Shown here: positions 55,217 to 61,525 of the stretch, piece by piece
Position numbering within the stretch: the stretch's first letter is position 1
Layout: the number at the start of each line of letters is the position of its first letter
DNA from: Thermoplasmata archaeon
GTDB taxonomy: Archaea; Thermoplasmatota; Thermoplasmata; Lutacidiplasmatales; UBA184
Length of the DNA stretch: 61,525 nucleotides
Direction: 5' to 3'
NCBI GenBank assembly: GCA_021827405.1
Contig: JAKAVY010000005.1
Coordinates: forward strand, 1 to 61,525
Translations under genes and position numbers: made by a program
The notes under the pieces: generated by a model
What the model saw: only the letters and a program-made list of their open reading frames with translations
Database searches by the model: none
What the model was told of the DNA's origin: nothing

Positions 55217-55717
55217 TCACCGGGGGGGCGGCGGCGCGGAGGCCCCCCGCGGCTCGGGGTCCTTGGGCGATCGCCCCGACCGGCGCTCCTCCTCCAGCAG
55301 CCCCTGGAGATGGTCCACCGTCTCCCGGTAGCGTTTGAGCGCGTTCTGGGCGTTTGCCTCCACGAAGTCCCACGCCCGGGACAGGTTGCCGTAGCGCAAC
55401 CGGTAGCCCTTGCGGCCCCGCGCCGACTCCCGGGCCTCGGAGACCTCCTCGAGCAGGTCCAGCGTCTTCAGCTTGTTCAGGTGTCGGTAGAGCGTGGGCT
55501 TGCTGGTCTTCAAGACGGCGAGGAGCTCCTCCGCGTACCACAGCCGCTCCGGGTTGCGCAGCAGGCAGTGACGGACCAGCCGGTAGGCCACGGAGCGCTC
55601 CGGTGGCTCTCCTTCGGGAAGGTACCCCAACTGGACCAGGAACTCCTTGAGCACCGGGTCCACCTCGCGTAACGGGGTCAGCGGCGTGCTGTAGCGGACC
55701 TGGAGCTCGAAAGGCAC
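55217..55717 (-). CDS. Winged-HTH transcriptional regulator
   Basis: WYAEELLAVLKTSKPTLYRHLNKLKTLDLLEE...RKGYRLR; start GTG 55717. Confidence 0.85.
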   Translation of the reverse strand: MPFELQVRYSTPLTPLREVDPVLKEFLVQLGYLPEGEPPERSVAYRLVRHCLLRNPERLWYAEELLAVLKTSKPTLYRHLNKLKTLDLLEEVSEARESARGRKGYRLRYGNLSRAWDFVEANAQNALKRYRETVDHLQGLLEEERRSGRSPKDPEPRGASAPPPPR

Positions 55718-55926
55718 GGACCGGGCCGGGCACCACCGGCACGCTCTTGAGCCCTTCCTGCGGGGCCTCCTCCCCCGGCCCGGTCCCCTCCCCTCGCCCC
55801 GCCTCGGCCCGACCGGCGCTCCGACCCCGGGAAGGGACCTCCTCACCGGGGGAGACCGGGACCGGGAGGGCCACGCCCTGCGCACCCGAAAGGGGGTTGT
55901 ATGCCCCCGGTCTTGCGGCCCCTCTC

Positions 55927-56793
55927 ATGGCCTATGCGCTCCACTTCCCCCGATCCTTCGAGGAGGCCTTCCGGCTGTTGGACCCGCAGGGTCAGCCGCC
56001 GGCGCTCCCCCTCGCCGGCGGGACGGACCTTCTCCCCGCCGTGGAGGCCGGCCGCTGGCACCCCGGCGCCCTGGTGAGCCTCTCCCGCCTCCCCTTGGCC
56101 ACCTTCGAGCGGGCCGGGGACGAGGTGCTCATCGGTGGGACCCTTCCCCTCCGCCGACTGGAGCGGGAACCGGCCATCGGTGAGCTTTTGCCCGGGTTCG
56201 CCGAAGCCCTCCGGGAGGTGGGGAGCGTCCCCCTCCGGCACCGGGCGACCCTGGGCGGGAACGTGGTCCGGGCCTCCCCCGCCTCCGACCTCCTCCCTCC
56301 TCTTCTCGCCCTGGAGGCCTCGCTGGACCTCCGCTCCCAGCACGGGCGGCGCCGCGTCGCCCTGGTGGACTTCCTTCGGGGCTCCTGGGAGACCACCCTT
56401 CAGCGGGGAGAGCTGGTGGAGCGGATCCGGGTCCCGGTCCCCCGGCCGGGCAGCTACCGCTGGCAGCGGGTGCGGCCCGCCAACGACATCTCCCAGGTCG
56501 GGGTGGCCACCGCGCTGGTGACCTCGGACGCTCGGTCCCCCTGGAGGATCGCGGCCGGAGGGATGGAGTCCCATCCCCAGCGGCTCTCCGGGGCGGAGGC
56601 CGCCCTTCCCCAGGAGGACCCGTCCCCGGGGGAGATCGAGGAGGCCGTCCATCGCGCCAGGGAAGGGACCCGCTTGAAGGACGACCGCCGGGCCGGGGAG
56701 GAGTACCGGCGCCACCTCTTGGGCGTGCTCCTGCGCCGGTCCATCACCAGCACCGTCGAACGCGCCCGGTCCATGAAGGGGAGGAGGACATGA
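55927..56793 (+). CDS. Xanthine dehydrogenase family FAD-binding subunit
   Basis: PRSFEEA..LL, AGGTDL, VGS..LR.RATLGGN...ASPASD, D.RA..EYR. Confidence 0.92.
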   Translation: MAYALHFPRSFEEAFRLLDPQGQPPALPLAGGTDLLPAVEAGRWHPGALVSLSRLPLATFERAGDEVLIGGTLPLRRLEREPAIGELLPGFAEALREVGSVPLRHRATLGGNVVRASPASDLLPPLLALEASLDLRSQHGRRRVALVDFLRGSWETTLQRGELVERIRVPVPRPGSYRWQRVRPANDISQVGVATALVTSDARSPWRIAAGGMESHPQRLSGAEAALPQEDPSPGEIEEAVHRAREGTRLKDDRRAGEEYRRHLLGVLLRRSITSTVERARSMKGRRT

Positions 56794-57323
56794 CCGGGGA
56801 GCCCCCCCTGACGCTCCGGGTGAACGGGGAGGAGCGGACCGTGCCGGAGGTCGCGGCCGACACCCGCCTCCTCGACCTCTTGCGCTGGCGCTTGGGGCTC
56901 AAAGGAACGAAGGAGGGGTGCCGGACCGGGGGATGCGGGGCCTGCACCGTCCTGGTGAACGGGGAGAGCGTCCTCAGTTGCCTCACCCTCGCGCGGGAGA
57001 TGGAGCGCCAGGAGGTCACCACCGTGGAAGGCCTCACCGGAACGCCCGAGGCGGAGGCGGTCCAGCAGGCCTTCGCCGAGGCCGGTGCGGTCCAGTGCGG
57101 CTACTGCACCCCCGGGTTCGTCCTCGCCCTGGTGAGCCTGCGGAGGGAGCACGGGGCGAGCCCACCGGACCTGCCCACCCTGGCCAACGAGCTGGGGGGG
57201 AACCTCTGCCGTTGCACGGGCTACTACGCCATCGTCCGGGCCCTCGCGGACCTGCTCGGGGTCCCGGTGACGTCGGAGCTGCCGAAGAGCACCTTCACGG
57301 TGGAACCGGGGGGCTCCCCGTGA
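56790..57323 (+). CDS. Xanthine dehydrogenase family 2Fe-2S subunit
   Basis: GTKEGCRTGGCGACTV...SC, TTVEGL, QCGYCTPG, GNLCRCTGY. Confidence 0.95.
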   Translation: MTGEPPLTLRVNGEERTVPEVAADTRLLDLLRWRLGLKGTKEGCRTGGCGACTVLVNGESVLSCLTLAREMERQEVTTVEGLTGTPEAEAVQQAFAEAGAVQCGYCTPGFVLALVSLRREHGASPPDLPTLANELGGNLCRCTGYYAIVRALADLLGVPVTSELPKSTFTVEPGGSP

Positions 57324-59551
57324 TCCGGACCGACGCCCTCCCCAAGGCCCGGGGGGCGCTCCCCTACGCGCCGGACGTGGAGCTGCCGGGGATGCTATGG
57401 GCGGTGTACGTCACCTCCCCCCACCCCCACGCGGAGATCCGGCGCGTGGACACCGCCGGGGCGCGGGAGGTGCCGGGGGTGGTCGACGTGCTCACGGCGG
57501 AGGACCTTCCCGGCCTTCTCCCGAGGGAGCCGGAACCCACCCGCCCGTTGCTCGCCACGAAGGTCACCCGGTTCGTCGGGGAACCGGTGGCCCTGGTCGC
57601 CGCCGAGAACCTACCGGCGGCCCGGGCGGGGGCCTCCCGGGTCCAGGTGGACTACCGGGTCCTCCCCGCCTTCACGGACCTGGAGCGGGAGTTCCCGCAC
57701 TGGCCCACCCCTGAGGAGATGCGAAGCCATCCCCAGGTGAACGCCCACGTCCACGCCCGGCGGGGGGACTTCGATCAGGTGGCGCACCGGGCCGATCACG
57801 TCCACCGGGAGCGCTACCAGACCGCCATGGTCGCCCAGGTCCCCCTGGAGCCCCATGCCTGCCTCGCCCGGGTCCAGGGGGACGACTGGTACGTCCTCAC
57901 CACCACCCAGGCCCCCTTCGGCATCCGGGAGGACCTGGCGGACAAGCTGGGGCTCCCCCAGGAGAAGGTCCGGGTGGAGGGAACGTGGGTGGGAGGGGGG
58001 TTCGGGGGAAAGAACGAGGCGTTGCTGGAACCGCACGCCCTGCTGCTCTCCCGGCGGACCGGCCGCCCCGTCCGGATCGCGCTCACCTTCCAAGAGGAGT
58101 TCCTCTTCTCCCGGACGACCCAGCCGGCGATCTTCTGGATGGAGAGCTGTCTCAAGGACGGGAAGCTGGTGGCCCGGAGGACCCGGCTCCTCCTGGACAC
58201 CGGGGCCTCCCTGCCCGGCCGGGACTTCGCCTTGGGCTACAGCTTGGGGTTCACGCTGGGCCCGTACCGGCTGGAATCCTTCGAGCTCGAGGGGTACGCC
58301 TTACGGACCCACCGTCCCCCCTTCGGCCCCCACCGGGCCCCCCTGGCCCCCCAGTGCACCTTCGCCTCCGAAGGCCACCTGGACTCCCTGGCCCGGGACC
58401 GGGGGGAAGACCCGGTCGAGTTCCGGCTCCGGCACGTCTGGAGACCGGGGGACCGCACGGCCCTGGGCCAGCCGGTCGGCCCGTTCGCGGCCGAGGCCGG
58501 GCTCCGACGGGCCCGGGAGACGGCCCGGGCCTGGAAGGCCTCCGCTCCGCCCGGCCACGGCGTGGGCGTGGCGTTGGGGTTCTGGTCCACCGGCACCGGG
58601 GCCGGCGGGGAGGCCCGGTTGACCCTCTCCCCCGAGGGCCTGGTGCTGCTCCAGGGGGAGCGGGAGATCGGCAACGGGTCCATCTGGCAGGGCCTCCCGG
58701 AAGTGGTGGCCGCGACGCTGGGGGTCCCTCCTGCGATCGTGTCGGTCCGCTACGGGGACACCGCGCACGCCCCCTTCGACAGCGGGGTCTGGGGGAGCCG
58801 GACCACGGCCGCCCTCGGCTATGCCGTGGCGAAGGCGGCCGAGGGGCTCCGCCGGGAGCTCGAGCGGCGGGCGCCCGGGTCCGGCCCGGTGAGCTTCACC
58901 GCCCGGGACGGGGCGCTCACGGTGGCCCGGGAGGGCCGCTCCTACCCGGCCACCGACCTTATGACCCCGGAGGAAAGGGCGGAAGGGGGCCTCCGCGTGG
59001 AAGCGAAGCACTACGGGAAGAACGAGGGTACCCTGGAGGAGGGTCTGGTGCTGGAGGGAGAGATGTTCCCGTACTCGGACCTCATCGCCAGCGTGCACGT
59101 GGCCGAGGTCTCGGTGGACCGGGAGACCGGCGCGGTCAAGGTCCTGCGCTACGCCGCCTTCCAGGACGCCGGGAAGGTGGTGAACCCCCCGGGCTACCGG
59201 GGCCAGGTGGAGGGCGCCATCGTCATGGGGCTGGGGACGGCCCTCACCGAGGAGGGCCTGCTCGATCCCGAGGGCCACCTGGCGAACCCGGGGCTGTTGG
59301 ACTACCGGATCCCGACCCTCTCCGACCCGCCCCCGGAGCTCACCATCGTGGCCTTGGAGGGCTCCTTGGGCTCGGGCGTCTGGGGGAGCAAGGGGGTGGG
59401 GGAACCCCCCATCATCCCGGTGCCGGCGGCCGTGGCCAACGCCGTGGCGGACGCCACGGGGGCCCGGGTCACGGTCCTCCCGTTGACGCCGGAGCGGGTC
59501 TCCCAGGCGCTGCGAGGCGGGGCCCGGGACCCGGGAGGAGGGCGTCGTTGA
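57320..59551 (+). CDS. Xanthine dehydrogenase family molybdopterin-binding subunit
   Basis: SPHPHA.I, GEPVALVAAE, LEPH, TQAP, VGGGFGGK, WGSR, VNP....GQVEG, DY.IP, KGVGEPP, ANAVADATG; GTG 57320 overlaps the upstream TGA. Confidence 0.93.
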   Translation: MIRTDALPKARGALPYAPDVELPGMLWAVYVTSPHPHAEIRRVDTAGAREVPGVVDVLTAEDLPGLLPREPEPTRPLLATKVTRFVGEPVALVAAENLPAARAGASRVQVDYRVLPAFTDLEREFPHWPTPEEMRSHPQVNAHVHARRGDFDQVAHRADHVHRERYQTAMVAQVPLEPHACLARVQGDDWYVLTTTQAPFGIREDLADKLGLPQEKVRVEGTWVGGGFGGKNEALLEPHALLLSRRTGRPVRIALTFQEEFLFSRTTQPAIFWMESCLKDGKLVARRTRLLLDTGASLPGRDFALGYSLGFTLGPYRLESFELEGYALRTHRPPFGPHRAPLAPQCTFASEGHLDSLARDRGEDPVEFRLRHVWRPGDRTALGQPVGPFAAEAGLRRARETARAWKASAPPGHGVGVALGFWSTGTGAGGEARLTLSPEGLVLLQGEREIGNGSIWQGLPEVVAATLGVPPAIVSVRYGDTAHAPFDSGVWGSRTTAALGYAVAKAAEGLRRELERRAPGSGPVSFTARDGALTVAREGRSYPATDLMTPEERAEGGLRVEAKHYGKNEGTLEEGLVLEGEMFPYSDLIASVHVAEVSVDRETGAVKVLRYAAFQDAGKVVNPPGYRGQVEGAIVMGLGTALTEEGLLDPEGHLANPGLLDYRIPTLSDPPPELTIVALEGSLGSGVWGSKGVGEPPIIPVPAAVANAVADATGARVTVLPLTPERVSQALRGGARDPGGGRR

Positions 59552-60702
59552 TCGCCCCGTCGGAAGCGGCCGCCTGGGCCCGGGAGTACCCCCGACCGGT
59601 CCGGGTGGCGGCCGTGGCCTCCCACTCCGCGCTGGACACCTTCGACGGGGCCGTGACGGAGGGGTTCCCCACCCTGGCGCTCTGCCAGCAGGGCCGGGAG
59701 CGCACCTACACCCAGTACTTCCGGACCCTCCGCGACGGGCAGGGCCGGCGGGTGCGGGGATGCGTGGACGACTCCCGGGTCTTCCCCCAGTTCCGGGAGC
59801 TGTTGCAGGAGGGGACGCTCCACGCGCTCCGGGCGGAGGGGGCGCTTATCGTCCCGAACCGGGCCCTGACCTCCTACCTCGACGTTTCCGACGTGGAGGA
59901 ACGGCTCCGGCTGCCGTTGCTCGGCTCCCGGGGGCTGCTCCGGATCGAGGAGCGCACCGAGCGCGAGAACTACTACACGCTCCTGGCCCGGGCCGGCATC
60001 CCCACCCCGGAGGAGGTCAAGGACCCCCGGGAGATCGACGGCCTCACCCTGGTGAAGCTCCCCCACGCCCGGAAGCGGCTGGAGCGAGGGTTCTTCACCT
60101 GCGCCTCCTTCGAGGAGTACCAGCGGAAGTCCGAGACGTTGACCCGGATGGGTGTGACCCGGCCGGAGGACCTCGCCCGGGCCCGGAGGGAGCGCTACGT
60201 GATCGGACCGGTGTTCAACCTGAACTTCTTTCACAGCCCCCTCGCCCCCCGCGAGGAGGCGCTGGAGCTCCTGGGGATCGACGAACGGCGGGAGAGCTCC
60301 CTGGACGGGCTGGTCCGGCTCCCGGCGGAGGAGCAGATGGAGCTCCCGCCCTCCGAGCGCATCCCGGAGTACACCGTGGTCGGCCACGGGAGCCTCACCC
60401 TGCGGGAGTCGCTCCTGGAGGAGGCGTTCCGCCTGGGCGAGAAGTTCGTGGCCGCGGCCCGGGAGAGCCACCCCCCCGGGGTGGTGGGCCCCTTCTGCCT
60501 GCAGACCTGCGTGGACAAGGACCAGCGCTTCTTCGTCTTCGACGTGGCCGTCCGCCTGGGGGGAGGCACCAACATCCACATGGCGCTGGGACACCCGTAC
60601 GGCAACACCCTGTGGCGGGAGCCCATGTCCTCGGCCCGACGCCTGGCCCGGGAGCTCTCCCGGGCCCTTGAGGAAGGTCGGCTCGACGAGGTGGTCACGT
60701 GA
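59548..60702 (+). CDS. purP: PurP-family ATP-grasp FAICAR synthetase (formate-dependent)
   Basis: VASHSALD..DGA..EGF, IVPNRA, G.R.LL..EER, VKLPHA...LERGFF, NLNFF, GH...TLRESLLE, GPFCLQ, R.GGGTN; TTG 59548. Confidence 0.9.
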   Translation: MIAPSEAAAWAREYPRPVRVAAVASHSALDTFDGAVTEGFPTLALCQQGRERTYTQYFRTLRDGQGRRVRGCVDDSRVFPQFRELLQEGTLHALRAEGALIVPNRALTSYLDVSDVEERLRLPLLGSRGLLRIEERTERENYYTLLARAGIPTPEEVKDPREIDGLTLVKLPHARKRLERGFFTCASFEEYQRKSETLTRMGVTRPEDLARARRERYVIGPVFNLNFFHSPLAPREEALELLGIDERRESSLDGLVRLPAEEQMELPPSERIPEYTVVGHGSLTLRESLLEEAFRLGEKFVAAARESHPPGVVGPFCLQTCVDKDQRFFVFDVAVRLGGGTNIHMALGHPYGNTLWREPMSSARRLARELSRALEEGRLDEVVT

Positions 60703-61525
60703 TCGGGGTCACGGAGCCGCCCCCCACCCCGGCGGGGCCGTTGTCCCGGACCCCGCTGTTCTCCCTCCATCAGGCGCGGGGCGGGCACCTGGTCCCCTTT
60801 CACGGGTGGGAGCTGCCCCTCTACTACGCCGGGACCGGGATCCTCCGCGAGCACGAGGCGGTCCGCCGGGACGTGGGGGTCTTTGACGTCTCGCACATGG
60901 GGATCCTCACCCTGGAGGGACCCGGGAGCGCGGAGCTCCTTACCCGCCGGACGCCTTCCAACGCCACCCATGCGAGGCCGGGCCAGGCCCGGTACACCTG
61001 CCTTTTGGACCCGGAGGCGCACCTGGTGGACGACGCCCTCTGGTCGCGCACCGACGACCTCGCAGGGCCGACGAACTTCCTCTTCGTGCCCAACGCCGGT
61101 CCGGCGCCCCGGGTCTTCGAGGTCCTTCGGCAGCACCGGGGACGGAACTGCGAGCTTACGCGACACAACGGCTCGGCCGGGATCCTGGCCGTGCAGGGCC
61201 CCCGGTCCCGGGAGCTGTTGGAATCCCTCTTCCCCTGGGACCTCTCCCCTCTGGCGCCGTACACCGGCGCCTTCTTCCCCCTCGCGGGAGCCCGGTCGGC
61301 CGGTTCCCTGGGCGGGAGCTTCGCCGCCCGGCTGCGCGAGCACGCCTGGGTCAGCCGGACCGGCTACACCGGGGAGCTCGGCTACGAGCTCTTCCTGGAG
61401 GCCTCGCGGTTGCCTCCGGCCTTCACCGCCCTGCTCGACGGCGGCGCCACGGCCTGCGGCCTGGGCGCGAGGGACACCCTGAGGATGGAGAAGGGCTACC
61501 TGCTCTCCGGAGTGGACTTTAACGG
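60699..61525 (+). CDS. gcvT: Glycine cleavage system T protein (aminomethyltransferase); partial
   Basis: Not in the ORF track; GTG 60699 gives ...LSRTPLFSLH...LVPFHGWELPLYY..GILREHEAVRRDVGVFDVSHMG...AVQGP...SRTGYTGELGYE...GLGARDTLRMEKGY. Confidence 0.93.
   Translation, partial: MIGVTEPPPTPAGPLSRTPLFSLHQARGGHLVPFHGWELPLYYAGTGILREHEAVRRDVGVFDVSHMGILTLEGPGSAELLTRRTPSNATHARPGQARYTCLLDPEAHLVDDALWSRTDDLAGPTNFLFVPNAGPAPRVFEVLRQHRGRNCELTRHNGSAGILAVQGPRSRELLESLFPWDLSPLAPYTGAFFPLAGARSAGSLGGSFAARLREHAWVSRTGYTGELGYELFLEASRLPPAFTALLDGGATACGLGARDTLRMEKGYLLSGVDFN

Noticed and set aside
57320..59551. Aerobic CO dehydrogenase CoxL
   Set aside because: Lacks the AYxCSFR active-site motif.

Overview
A 61.5 kb, very GC-rich archaeal chromosomal segment. 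The markers (PolD large subunit DP2, RadA, L7Ae-S28e-L24e, archaeal TyrRS, PurP, FtsZ, Pop5, split MetE) point to a euryarchaeon. Sulfocyanin, a giant S53 protease and PKD/class III signal-peptide surface proteins suggest a high-GC Thermoplasmata lineage (inference). It is mostly housekeeping and metabolic genes, with no CRISPR array, rRNA or recognisable transposase/integrase. Most long ORFs in the supplied track are GC-rich shadow ORFs. Top observations: (1) a ribbon-helix-helix DNA-binding domain fused to a divergent 20S proteasome alpha subunit, whose promoter carries 11-bp-phased ATACRTT repeats over the TATA box (candidate proteasome-fold transcription regulator); (2) a CRISPR-independent Cas4-like nuclease split into two membrane-anchored polypeptides that share the four Fe-S cysteines; (3) a tRNA-Arg(TCG) with a 32-nt intron at non-canonical position 59/60 in a strict bulge-helix-bulge; (4) a double kink-turn sequestering the L7Ae Shine-Dalgarno; (5) a Pop5 gene whose conserved N-terminus has no canonical start codon; (6) a long SAMHD1-like HD protein with a partner gene, a MutY with an intact Nudix box, and a perfect palindrome at the predicted ftsZ transcription start.
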